Shown: one piece after another, positions 47,672 through 60,141 of the stretch
Layout of the letters: the number at the start of each line of letters is the position of its first letter
Position numbering within the stretch: the first letter of the stretch is position 1
Assembly (NCBI GenBank): GCA_032718475.1
Contig: JAUCBJ010001945.1
Location: 1-64,000 of the forward strand
Length of the DNA stretch: 64,000 nucleotides
Reading direction: 5' to 3'
From: Nemertoderma westbladi
Taxonomy: Eukaryota > Animalia > Xenacoelomorpha
Position numbers and translations under genes: made by a program
The notes under the pieces: model-generated
Databases searched by the model: none
Seen by the model: the letters and a program-made list of their open reading frames with translations, nothing else
What the model was told of the DNA's origin: nothing

Positions 47672-50321
47672 GGGAACAGTGAGGGAAGGTAGAGCAGAGT
47701 TGCAAGAAGTGCAGCAAAGTATCGCACTAGAACGCGATAAATTAGTCAATATACAAAAGGGCATACCAATACCCCCTGTAACATTGTGTCAACCTGTTAG
47801 GTCTGAAGTATTACATGCGCAAGGTGTGGAGCCTACACGCATCTATACTGCTAGTGAAGTTGAAACTCCTATAGCAAACCCTATTAAGGGTGATTATAGA
47901 CCTGTTATTAATGATATTCCCTATAGACCTGATAATGATCCGAGAACTTTATATACCGATAATTCGATATTAAATAACACGATGGCCCAAGAAAGCTTTA
48001 CGCGTCAGATGGCTAGAACAGAAGCCCGCCAAGCGGTCAAAGTGGGAGAGATCGTCAAATTCAATGGAGATGAGATGAAATGGTTACCTTTCAACGAATA
48101 TTACAAAGATAGCATACAGAACTCTGTACTATCTAACGGAGAGAAACTTAGATTCCTCATCAAGTGCTTGGAAGGACCTCCCAAGTTAATGGCGTTAAAG
48201 TTTATTGGACATCCAGATGGATTAAGACAAGTTTGGGATACATTAAACATCAGGTATGGTAACAAGGATAACATAGCTAAGTATTTGTATGCAAAATTAG
48301 TAGCCCCCCGACACTTCCTTAGTAGCGGGATTATAGAGTTTTCCGATGAAATTCAAGAGATCTGTAGACAACTGGACTGGTTAGGTAAGTCGCATGAATA
48401 TCAGAGTTCCATGGTCATTGGAGCCGTAGTCTCTACTTTACCAAAGGGTGGAGTATGTACGCGCTGGGACAAGAAAGTGTTGTACATGAATGAACAACAA
48501 CGACGAAGTCCTACCATGGCTGATCTCATGTCTTTCTTAGATAGTGAAGTAAAATTACAACTCATAAGGCAGTCCCGAGAGAAAACATCGGAAAATAAGG
48601 TAAGTGAGAAACCCGTTTCTAGGAGAAGGATAATACCAGTGTGTTATACTGACGACGGCGAAAGCCAAGCTTCTCAAGAAGAGGACAGCGGGAAAGACAC
48701 AGCAAAATCTTACTATGACAACAAGACCTATAAAGACGTAAGTAACTACAAGTCTCGAACCAGTGACAGGAGAGAACAGGTAACAACAACTCCTCCTACG
48801 TCTCCTAAGATAATTCACGGAAGAAAGCCCGAAGAAAGAACGAGAGTGCAGAACGTTAACCAAGTTAAGGTGAGTAACATCAAACCAAAATGTGCGCTGT
48901 GCGACGGGCCCCACCGTTTGAGTGCGTGTGCAGAATTCCTAAAGAAATCCCTGGCAGATAGACGTGGAGTCCTGTGGGATAAGCGGTTATGTTATAACTG
49001 TCTCAGACGCGGACACCAGCGGCGAACCTGTTACTCTGACGCAAGGTGTGCTAAGTGCGGCGCGAAACATCATAGCTTGTTGCACACGGAATTCGAACGA
49101 AACAGCCCGAGTCAGGTAAGTGAGCCCAAATCACATGTCCAATTCAGTGATGTGAACGACACTGACCAAAGTTCTGAGTGGGAAGGATTCTATACGGACG
49201 AATTCTCCGATGCCAACGAATCCTGTTATCTAATAAATACCGCAGTGTATCGAGCACTTACGTACGAAAAAGACACCGACACGGAGTTCCCCCCAACCAC
49301 CTTTGACAAACAACCATCTTGGAAAGCTCCAGCTTCCAACGTAGGAATCAGAGAATTTCCTGTAGTTCAAGTAAGAGTTCACGGTCTTAACAAAAGCTAC
49401 ATAGTGAACGCCCTCCTTGACTCCGGCAGCACAGGAACATTCATCGATCAAGAACTGGCCGAAGATATCTTTGCTGGACAACCCAAGTTCCGGACTAAAT
49501 TGAATATGTCAGGAATTATGCAGGTTTGGAAATCTACCCTAACGGCAGATTACTATGTAGGTGTGTTGTCCACCACCCAGGATAAGTTAGGAACACAAGG
49601 TATAAGGTCAGTAAAAATGGTGGCTATAAAGAACTTTGCTACTACTCAAGCAGAACCTTATAACTGGGACGAGGACGAGTGCATCCAACATCTTGAGATA
49701 CCTCGATTCCAGACAGATTATCCTGGAGTGCAAATACTCATCGGCCAAAACGCGCATGAGGCGCTCGAGACATTGGAGAAACGGCCTGCTCAACCGCAGC
49801 CATTACAAACCTATGCGGTAAGAACTAGAGTAGGTTGGTACTTCACTGGCCCTTCCCGTAGAACGCTCAAAGAGAGATTACCTCAACAACAGGTATACAA
49901 AGTAAAGGAATGGGAAGTGGAGAGCAGTGATGTGGACGATCCAACTGAGGGAACACCATACTCCTCAGATAATGACGATATTAACTCCAATGTAGATCTA
50001 TGGAGACATTGCCTTGGGACGATTAATCCAGCCGACATTGCTTCCAGAGGAGCAACTCCTCAAGAAATGATAGATACTCCAGGCTGGTTAGGTGGATCCG
50101 ACTTCTTAAGTAAAGAAGAAGAATGGCCTCCTCATCTTACCACGGCTGAGATTAGACAGGCCAAGGGAGCGGAGAAAGTAACACAACAACTCAATCGCCC
50201 AGCTAGTCGTTTATGTTTACTGGAAAGAGACCGAAAACTGTCCGGAAACTATGGAAGGCAAGATACTCTTCCTACGACTACTTCCCTAATCCGACAAATA
50301 TCTAGGGACTCCATAACGTGA
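47646..50321 (+). CDS. BEL/Pao Gag-protease polyprotein with RT/RNase H largely deleted and no integrase (891 aa)
   Basis: KFNGDEMKWLPF..LSNGEKLRFL..L.G (DUF1759-like), triple zinc knuckles CALCDGPHRLSAC / CYNCLRRGHQRRTC / CAKCGAKHHSLLH, protease LLDSGS, AVRTRVGW, then directly WRHCLGTINPADIASRG (BEL RNase H C-terminus). Confidence 0.92.
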   Translation: MQETVHQLKGTVREGRAELQEVQQSIALERDKLVNIQKGIPIPPVTLCQPVRSEVLHAQGVEPTRIYTASEVETPIANPIKGDYRPVINDIPYRPDNDPRTLYTDNSILNNTMAQESFTRQMARTEARQAVKVGEIVKFNGDEMKWLPFNEYYKDSIQNSVLSNGEKLRFLIKCLEGPPKLMALKFIGHPDGLRQVWDTLNIRYGNKDNIAKYLYAKLVAPRHFLSSGIIEFSDEIQEICRQLDWLGKSHEYQSSMVIGAVVSTLPKGGVCTRWDKKVLYMNEQQRRSPTMADLMSFLDSEVKLQLIRQSREKTSENKVSEKPVSRRRIIPVCYTDDGESQASQEEDSGKDTAKSYYDNKTYKDVSNYKSRTSDRREQVTTTPPTSPKIIHGRKPEERTRVQNVNQVKVSNIKPKCALCDGPHRLSACAEFLKKSLADRRGVLWDKRLCYNCLRRGHQRRTCYSDARCAKCGAKHHSLLHTEFERNSPSQVSEPKSHVQFSDVNDTDQSSEWEGFYTDEFSDANESCYLINTAVYRALTYEKDTDTEFPPTTFDKQPSWKAPASNVGIREFPVVQVRVHGLNKSYIVNALLDSGSTGTFIDQELAEDIFAGQPKFRTKLNMSGIMQVWKSTLTADYYVGVLSTTQDKLGTQGIRSVKMVAIKNFATTQAEPYNWDEDECIQHLEIPRFQTDYPGVQILIGQNAHEALETLEKRPAQPQPLQTYAVRTRVGWYFTGPSRRTLKERLPQQQVYKVKEWEVESSDVDDPTEGTPYSSDNDDINSNVDLWRHCLGTINPADIASRGATPQEMIDTPGWLGGSDFLSKEEEWPPHLTTAEIRQAKGAEKVTQQLNRPASRLCLLERDRKLSGNYGRQDTLPTTTSLIRQISRDSIT

Positions 50322-50394
50322 TAGCATGTGGAGTGGGCGTGTGACTACATTATTTTATATTTGTTTTTATTTTATATTTATGTATGTATTATTA

Positions 50395-51876
50395 TCAGGA
50401 ACCGAGAGGTTCATTACTGTAAGAATTGTTGGCTGATTGACTGGCTGACTGGCTAATCTATAGTCAAAACTACTCTAACGATTTTGATGAAATTTTCACA
50501 GCGGCTGGATACCGCGATTCTAAGGTCCCTGGTATGTTCCGCTATTTCGTCCATGAGCCGTGGGCTCGAAAAATAGACATAAACGAAAAAACGCCATAGG
50601 CGCAATGGTAAAATAACACCAATAACAGCTGGTGTCGTGATGAAAAATGGCTTATGTAATGGATTTCTACACAAGGCTTAGTATAAATCGATGAGGTTGC
50701 CAAGATTATTGTACTCAGTACACCCATACTGTTTGTTTAGGCCCTAGGACACTCTGTCAAAGCAAATATTAACTGGTTGGTTTAGTTTGAAATCTATTAT
50801 CGCCTCAGCTGAATTACTCTTCCCAATGCATTCTATGCGAATATCTCACTCTGCTAATGTAAGCTGAATGACGGTTTAGTACACAGTGTGTTGGCTACAT
50901 TAATGCCAACATTATTGCAAAATGTTTTATTGTTGGATTACTCTCTGTCAGTCTCCCCTTCAGAACATTGTATAGGGAATTTACTTTAGTTTACTCTACT
51001 GTGCATTCAGCTGAATGGATTTGAGCGATTGCCAAGTACAGAGTTGGATCATTCTCTGACCATAGGCAAAGACAAATCTTTTTAAAAATATACTTTTTAA
51101 TGTTTTTTTTTCTGACCAAAAATTTCAAAAAAATTTTTTCGTAGTCATTACTGCCAATCGATTCGCCATCAAAAATAACGTAAAAAATTTTTTTTGCAAA
51201 ATTTTAAATTACTGTAAATTTTTGGCGACTGGGGGGGGTCAATTTTTTTTGATCCGCTATAACTCCGGAACGCTTTGTCCAAATTCGATGGGGTTTTCAT
51301 TTTTCAACTTAATTCGATGTCCTCTTTCAGCCTATCCATGTTTCGAAACCCCAAACAGCGCCGTTCAAAAATTAATTTTTTCTAGTTCTAGAATTTTACA
51401 AATTTCAAAAAAGTTGCAGTATTTTATTAACGCCTTTACGGAATTCGATAGCGTTTTCGATTTTTATATTAAACGCAATATCCTGAATCTCACTAGCCTA
51501 GTTTCGCGTCACCAATGCCAAGATTTCATACTTTTTGAGGAAAATTTTTCTAGAATAATTTTTATTTAATTACATTTATCGCGATTTCTTATTACTGATT
51601 GCACATGAATTGATGGAGTTTTCAATTTATTAACTAAACACGATATTGCGCATCGCACCAGCGTGGTTTCGAAATTCCAAAACGAGGTCTTCACTAGTTG
51701 CAGGTCGATTTTGTTCTAGAATTGAGCAACTAATAATGGATCGAATTTATTAATAATTATTGTATGAAATATGATTGTATTTTTAGATAATTATTAGTTC
51801 TATACTAATTATCGTTGTCTCTTTTATTTAAAATAAAAAGTCGGTTCCTTATCGGGCCGCTAGGCCCGTCACTAGT
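50395..51876 (+). mobile_element. Helentron-associated (HINE-like) element 1 inside the LTR element
   Basis: aggaaccga ... tcggttcct subterminal inverted repeat, (gactggct)n microsatellite, 3' hairpin gggcc-gcta-ggccc followed by cactagt. Confidence 0.6.
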
Positions 51877-53462
51877 TAGGAACCGAAGGTTACTTTCTGT
51901 AAGAATTTGATGTAATAGTAATAGTAATAGTAATAATAGTAATATTTTGAAGCGAAATAACATAAAAACGGCTCTAACGATTTTGTTAAAATTTTGCATA
52001 ACGCAATGTTTTGATGACCACTATCGTTTCCCGCTGGTCCCATGTCTGTCCATAGAATGTGGGCTCGAAAAATAGTCATAAACGAAAAAACGCCATAGGC
52101 GCAATGATAAAACACCAGCTGGAGCGCATGAAAAATGTATAGAGGGCCTAGTGATTCTATTCAATAGAGAAAGGGCCAACTAACAAGGATGTACTTTCTG
52201 TGCCAAGTTTTTAGTTAATCACTCACTCTTTCAACCCAGACTATAAGCAAACATTAACTTGGTTAGTAATGTACTATTATCCCATCAGCTGAATAACTCT
52301 TCCCCGTGCTTCCTAAGGGAATATCTACAAGGTGGTGGTGGGTTGTGGGTCAGCGGAATGAATTTTAGTTACACACATAGTGCTGGTTACCGTTAATGGT
52401 ACTATACTCAGCTAATAATAAAATAATAATTGATGTATTTAATAATCCGAGAGGGAGGTGAGTTAATGACTTGCTTGGCAAACATTAATTATATTAATCT
52501 GTCAAACCAGAGGGAATACAGAGTGGGATCTACAGTACCTGTCTCTGTATAACTTTTTACCCAGCTGATAGCTCCTTTAATCCAACACAAACTGTTGCCC
52601 TGGATTCAATGAATGCGAATGTCTATTACAGTAGGTTCCTGGGAAAAGCTGGCCACCTGAATGACTTTTTAGTTATAGAGTAGTGTACATGAGTGAGGCC
52701 TAACTCTTTCAGCGAACAATTATAATTATACTATGGCTAGTTATATATTCTGACTTTGGCTTCCGACACACACATACACTGAAACCTACACCTAAGTTCG
52801 CTGGTTATTCGCAGTTCTGACTCGCCATATATGAACCTAACTGTAGGGTACTATTGATAAACTATACTAGTTGCAATGTTCAATTAAAATCAGAGTTTGG
52901 AGGTCTAATTATGTTTTGGCAACATTAATACTATGAGTGGTGTTTGGTATTATATATAATTTTGATGTAGACAGGATATGTTGCCCTAACTGCTTTAATA
53001 ATTACTAGGAACAGATTTTGAGATATATGAGTTTCTTTTCCCTAAATTGAGAATTTAACATTGAGGCGGGATATTAATTTGCCAAGGTGGGTTTTGCGTC
53101 CACTTCCCACCCTGTCTCCTTTGTTCACTACCTTGGTGCAATTTTTTATTATAAATGCTGAACATACGTGCAAATTACAGTATTAGTATAGGTAGTGCTG
53201 GCTGATACTGGGTGCTCATATTTGCAACCATTTGTAACAAATTGTAACCAGGGACATCAATTCGTGACAAGGTGCTCATATTTTTAACCAAACACAATGA
53301 TTCGTAATGCGGAAATACAGATTTGTAACCAGGCGCTCAGATTCGAAACTGGTTTAGAGATGATATCCTGAAAAAAATAGTTAGCGGCTTATGGCTGGTA
53401 AAAATATTAGTTTCGGTTTGGTTTAACTTCGGTTCCTTCACGGCGTCTCGACGCCGTCTTTA
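51876..53462 (+). mobile_element. Helentron-associated (HINE-like) element 2, head-to-tail with element 1
   Basis: ttaggaaccgaagg start, (taatag)n, body homologous to 50460-50830, 3' tcggttcctt plus hairpin acggcgtc-tc-gacgccgt. Confidence 0.6.
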
Positions 53463-54945
53463 ATGTAATGTTATTATAATCATTTTTATTCAATTTTATT
53501 TAGTAGAATGTTATTTTAGTGATTATTTAGTAGATTAGTGCAATATATTAGTGTTTATTACGTACGTAATTACTTATAATATACATTTAGTGCGACGGCG
53601 AGAAAATAATTATTTTTCTCTTTCCTTACTGTCCGTATCATATTATAAATACGTGACTACAGTAAGATGAAATGTCCGTACTTATGTCCGATTTTTATGA
53701 AATAATAAATAAAATAAAATTAAAGTACAATAAGGCCACTACTATATTCAAGTATTATTGGTAGGCAGAGTGTTGGGAATGCAAAGTTCAGATCCTCGTG
53801 TCTCGGCTAAACCAAGCTCTGGGTAGACCTTGGAAACGACTTGCCTCTTCACACTGACATTGCTTCGTGCGATATTGCTCTTCTACCTTATATTAAATAA
53901 TACATATAGTAGCGTGATGTCCCTATAACAGTAGCGTAAAACGCAAATAAATTTGTTAAACTTTTGACCATCTGTAATTCTAGTCGATTAAGATATCGCG
54001 GCACCCACCGATATACTTGAAAGACAAATTCTAGAATCAGTGGTTAACGTCCCCAGACAAGATCTGGAATAAATCGGTGCCCATCTTAAATATTAATTTA
54101 ATATTTATTAAAATCTGTAAAATTCAGATCCGTTAACAATTCTAGTCGATTAAGATATCGTAGCACTTACCGATACTCTTAAAAGACAAATTTCATAGAA
54201 TTAAGGATCCTATGTCCCCAGACCTGCTCTGGAATCAAATTGTGTCAATTTTAACATCAAATAATAAAATTCACGGGAATAAATTTAAATTCATATTTTA
54301 AATAAATTTCATAAATTGTCATTTTGTACAATTTATAACATTCCCAAAATTCCATTAATTAATAGATCATGGGAGCGGAGATTCATCCTATTGAGTGTAT
54401 TAGAGTGCGAGAATCTCCAACATATAGTCAATAGCCGATAAAATTAATAAAATCATGCATAAAGAGGATATTGACAATTAAAGAATTATTATTAAATAGC
54501 ATCCCAGATCTGTATGCATGAGAATTACCCTAATTCTACCGCTAGCATTCCATAATGTCACCATAGCAACACCCACGCTAGAATTAGAGGCAAGTTAAAA
54601 GAGTTAAAAGTAAAAAGTACAATTGGTGACAGTTGTGTGGAATTTGTGCGTTTGTAGGTGAATGTTACTGCTAAGGTGTGTTTACAGTAGCTAGTCGCAA
54701 TTGTGAAAGTAACCCAACTCTCCTATAGAAAGAACCTAAAGTGGATTCAAGCCTTTGGGACGGACAGTGGAGTGACTTGTGCCGGTTGTCGTTGTCGTAC
54801 TGTTGCTACATGTTGGCGTAAACACCGCGACAACGGTACATCGGCGCTGAGGATCCCACTGTCCGGGGGCAAAGAGAGGTAGGCAGCGACGTCCGCTCGC
54901 CTAAACATAAACTCATTTCGATATTAACAAACTCAGATAGCAGAT

Positions 54946-56394
54946 ATGACGGAGTTGATAGAAGATGATCTTGGTATCAAGGAGCGATATACTCTACCTT
55001 TGCAAGCATTTGTGGATAGCTTAATACGCGGTGAAGCCGATCCAACCATTACGGAGGACGATGGTCGTTATATCGAACCGCCGATGTCCCAAGAGCAACT
55101 TGCGCGTGAATTGGACTATCGAAAATCCACCGCGCGCTATACGCATCGTAATAGTACGTATATGGACTTCCTAACTACCGGCCATCCTATCGATTTACCT
55201 GATACGGACGATGTAGACACCGAAAGGGAAATGGTTCTATTTAAATATCATACCCAGCGGAGTCGTAACGATAAACCGAGAATAGATCACGAAAATTCTA
55301 TTCGTAACAGACTGGGAAGACGAACCAATATGCCTAGAATCTGAGGAGATTCAGCCTAGCGCGCCCGGAACAGCGACAACGATTACATCCTAGAATGGTA
55401 TCAAGGTCCACAGTGTCTCACTGCGTACGATTATCGCCATGCCAACTATGTTTCTCGGCAACGTTGTCGGTTATGCGCATCGAGAGACCATGTTACGCCC
55501 ATGGACACAAACGTCCGCTGTTCCTATTTCCACGAACAACCGGCGATGGAAATTTATTGCGCGTATTGCAGATTTAATAATTTGCATATTTTTGCGGTTT
55601 GCCCTCAATTTATGACTCAATGTCACCATTGTCAACTAAAGGGACACGCCAGTTTCGATTGCCCTTTTAATCACGATTTGAAAAGCGTAGATGAAATGAT
55701 CACACTACGTTACATCAGAGCTTGGGAAGCGAACGCTAATTTACATTGTGATTCGCGCCATCGTTATTATCCTGGACGCGCTTACGAAGGAATTTATGCG
55801 TTCCATCCTTATCTATTCGCTTCTGTCGAACAGAAATCACGCATATCGAGTTACGAACTACTGAAGCGCGTCGGAGAATGTATTTCAACTAAATTCGTAC
55901 GCAAATTTCTCAGGAGTGTTAATCCTAGCGACCTTCATTCCTATAACTTAATCAATTATATCCGTCAGGATCCGGACTATGGAGACTTGTTTGTTAACTC
56001 ACACCCCGAGTTACAGGAAGTACATCGACGGCCTTACGAATACCGAGCCCGCGAACGCGAGTTGGAAAGGACCATTAAACCCCGGAGGTTTCTAACTGCC
56101 TATGGTCCATCCACGGCCCTCGTTCAGACCACTCGTAAAGGACCCGTAAGAGCGGCTGTCTTGAAACGAGCTCTCAAAGCCGTTAGACCCCTCTCCCCGG
56201 ACGTTGATGTCAATCAACCCGGTACTTCGACTGGCGGATACACCGACCATAATCCTACACCCTCTGATGCAATCATATTGCACCCTTCACCCGGGGGTTA
56301 TAGCCCTCCTTGTAAAGTGGCTCGCCCCAAAGAGAAAAGGACTCTGGCTAGCTTTAAAAAACTGCGTAAACGCCGTCCGCGCAAGAAAGACTAA
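54946..56394 (+). CDS. Accessory zinc-knuckle ORF(s) before the 3' LTR; 54946-55344 and 55501-56394 are in the same frame, separated by two stops
   Basis: CRLCASRDH, CAYCRFNNLHIFAVC, CHHCQLKGHASFDC (CX2CX4HX4C) and basic C-terminus KKLRKRRPRKKD; stops at 55342 (TGA) and 55357 (TAG). Confidence 0.6.
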
Positions 56395-56472
56395 CTGTTT
56401 AGAGTATTTACGTATATTAGAAACTGTGATTTTGTATATTTTATAGACTCAAATCCCATTTTCTGGGAGCGG

Positions 56473-57728
56473 TGTAAAAGCTTCTGTGGGATATAACTGG
56501 CCCCTTTTGCTTCGCAATCCAGTTTCCCCCCAGGCGCTGGAATACTCTAAAAAGGTTCTCTAACTGTACATATATTCCCCTCGCCTGCAAGGTACCGTTA
56601 CAGGTGTTTTAACGGACATAAAAGTCATTCTGCTATATACGTGTTTTGGCGGACATGGTAAGGCAAAAATCCTGCAATGCACCAACTACCTTTCACAGCT
56701 TAGCCGTGATGATTCATATTACGACATCTAACAGCTGGTTGCTGACATGGAAACAGCCATTGGACGCATGGTTCTTTGTTTGGCTTGAGCCAATCAGAGC
56801 GATTTTTCCTGTCGACGTGTAGCTTTTCGGCCGATCATAAGGAGAGTGTTCAGTCTTACTGTTTTCACTTGATACTTTGTTGTTATTGCTGTCTAAGCCA
56901 GAAACACCGGCTCTAGAGTTAATTCTTTTCATACTTTAAGAAGAAACATTAGTAGGCTTAAATTATAGAGCGTATGACTGTTATCAGTCAAATCCATTCA
57001 CAATTCAATACTTTGTTGTTATTACTGTTCAACATACATTATTATACTGCTATTTACTGTTGTGTTTGGTTGAATATTATTTGGAGAACATATATAAAGA
57101 ACCCAAATTTCCCAATTTTCTTGATACACTACAGGTTAGAGAGACGGGTTATATATAGCGATTGCGACTTATATTGTTGTGGTTTGTAGTGAATTTAATG
57201 CTATTTGATAAGCACTACATTGGTCCGTTGCTATTCCCTTTATATATGATAAAATACATTGACGGGCGGCAAATTAGTGAGCAGTATTGTGTGTTACCGG
57301 TAGTGTGCATGATTGTGACCGATAACTAAGCATTTCCTAAAGAATGCGCCTCATACGTGAATCTTAAGCCTTACCGACTTACCGTTGTGATTAGTATAAG
57401 TCATATCTCTGTTTACTTAGATAGAGCGCCACGTCCTAAAAGGAACTGTTAATATTTCCCGAAAGTGAATAATATTAGTCAGAAATTAATTATTAATGAT
57501 CAATCGAATAATACAATACCGTAAGCTTCACTGCAATAATAATCTAAGCCGACAGAATCCAGTCTCCCGGGATTATCCAGCGGGTGAATGGACGCGCACT
57601 AGGCTGGCTTCTGCTAATGTTGTGTTTATTGGTATTAAATATTGTCATCTTCTAGAGTCGATTTATAAACCAAAAGACATATAAATTTTGGCAGGTTAAA
57701 CTGCTAAAGGTCTTCAAAAGCGCGTACA
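56473..57728 (+). repeat. 3' LTR (1256 bp)
   Basis: Direct repeat of 42938-44193, preceded by purine-rich gggagcgg and followed by TSD ccatg. Confidence 0.97.
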
Positions 57729-57733
57729 CCATG

Positions 57734-57901
57734 GAAAGCGTAGTCGTGGACGACCGGCTATACAGTAACATATATCGACCAGCTTGAAAGGGATATTGAA
57801 CTTGGGAGAAACGAAATTGCGACAACTATGGAGAATCGGAAAGCCTGGAAGGATCTCATTTCCACTATCCGAGTTCGCTCACCTATAAATTAGTAGTAGT
57901 A
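57734..57901 (+). mobile_element. RTE LINE 3' remnant, right part, with (TAG)n tail
   Basis: KRSRGRPAI..TYIDQLERDIE..TTMENRKAWKDLISTIRVRS followed by tagtagtagta. Confidence 0.85.
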
Positions 57902-57962
57902 CATGTAAAGTTACAACGACGCGGAGCGCACACTGCGTAAGCGGTGATAGGCTTACACCGCG

Positions 57963-60141
57963 CTAACTAACCATTGGGATGCAGCATCGTGTACTCTAGT
58001 AACTAACCATTAGGGTGCAGCTCATCATGTACACTAGTAACATACCAGTGGGATGTATCATCGTGTACACTAGTAATTAACGAGTGGGATGCAGTATCGT
58101 GTACACTAGTAACTAACCATTGGGGTGTAGCTCATCATGTACACTGGTAACTAACCATTGGGGTGCATCTCATCATGTACACTAGTAACTAACCATTGGG
58201 GTGCAGCTCATCATGTACACTAGTAACTAACCGGTGGGATGCAGCATCGTGTAAACTAGTAACTAACCATTGGGTGCAACTCATCATGTACACTAGTAAC
58301 TATCCATTGGGATGTTGCACCGTGTACACTAGTAACTAACCAGTGGGATGCAGCATCGTGTACACTAGTAACTAACCATTGGGGTGCAGCTCATCCTGTA
58401 CACTAGTAACTAACCGGTGGGATGCAGCATCGTGTACACTAGTAACTAACCAGTGGGATGCAGCATCGTGTACACTAGTAACTAACCATTGGGTGCAGCT
58501 CATCATGTACACTAGTAACTAACCATTGGGATGCAGCACCATGTACACTAGTAACTAACCAGTGGGATGCAGCATCATGTACACTAGTAACTGACCATTG
58601 GGGTGCAGCTCATAATGTACACTAGTAACTAACCGGTGGGATGCAGCATCGTGTACACTAGAAACTAACCAGTGGGATGCAGCATCGTGTAAACTAGTAA
58701 CTAACCATTGGGGTGCAGCTCATAATGTACACTAGTAACTAACCATTGGGATGCAGCACCGTGTACACTAGTAACTAATCAGTGGAATGCAGCATCGTGT
58801 ACACTAGTAACTAACCATTGGGGTGCAGCTCATCATGTACACTAGTAACTAACCGGTGGGATGCAGCATCGTGTACACTAGTAACTAACCAGTGGGATGC
58901 AGCATCGTGTACACTAGTAACTAACCATTGGGGTGCAGCATCATGTACACTAGTAACTAACCATTGGGGTGCAGCTCATCATGTACACTAGTAACTGACC
59001 ATTGGGGTGCAGCTCATAATGTACACTAGTAACTAACCGGTGGGATGCAGCATCGTGTACACTAGAAACTAACCAGTGGGATGCAGCATCGTGTAAACTA
59101 GTAACTAACCATTGGGGTGCAGCTCATCATGTACACTAGTAACTAACCATTGGGATGCAGCACCGTGTAAACTAGTAACTAATCAGTGGAATGCAGCATC
59201 GTGTACACTAGTAACTAACCATTGGGGTGCAGCTCATCATGTACACTAGTAACTAACCGGTGGGATGCAGCATCGTGTACACTAGTAACTAACCAGTGGG
59301 ATGCAGCATCGTGTACACTAGTAACTAACCATTGGGGTGCAGCTCATCATGTACACTAGTAACTAACCAGTGGGATGCAATATCGTGTACACTAGTAACT
59401 AACCATTGGGATGCAGCATCGTGTAAATTAATAACTAACCAGTGGGTTGCAGCATCGTGTACACTAGTAACTAACCGGTGGGATGCAGCATCGTGTACAC
59501 TAGTAACAAACCAGTGGGATGGAGCATCATGAACACTAGTAACTAACCAGTGGGATGCAGCATCGTGTACACTAGTAACTAACCGGTGGGATGCAGCATC
59601 GTGTACAATATTAACTAACTAGTGAGATGCAGCATCGTGTACACTATTAACTAACCAGTGGGATGCAGCATCGTGTACACTATTAACTAACTGGTGGGAT
59701 GCAGCATGGTGTACACTAGTAACTAACCGGTGGGATGCAGCATCATATACACTAGTAACTAACCTTTGGGATGCAGCATCGTGCACACTAGTAACTAACC
59801 CGTGGGATGCAACATCGTGTACACTAGAAACTAACCAGTGGGATGCAATATCGTGTACACTAGAAACTAACCAGTGGGATATTGCAACATGTACACTAGT
59901 AACTAACCGGTGGGATGCAGCATCGTGTACACTAGTAACTAACCAGTGGATGCAGCATTATTTACACTAGTAACTAACCAGTGGGATACAGCAACATGTA
60001 CACTAGTAACTAACCGGTGGGATGCAGCAGCGTGTACACTAGTGATTAACTGGTGGGATGCAGCATCGTGTACACTAGTAACTAACCAGTGGGATGCAGC
60101 ATCGTGTACACTAGTAACTAACCGATGGGATGCAGCATCGT
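57963..60141. repeat. 36-37-bp minisatellite (~60 copies)
   Basis: Unit gtacactagtaactaaccagtgggatgcagcatcgt, alternating with a ...cattggggtgcagctcatcat variant. Confidence 0.97.

Larger units (their letters stand above)
42938..57728 (+). mobile_element. Young non-autonomous BEL/Pao-type LTR retrotransposon, 14.8 kb
   Basis: Two 1256-bp TG...CA LTRs, 5-bp TSD CCATG (42933-37 and 57729-33), and a BEL-type Gag-protease ORF. Confidence 0.95.
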
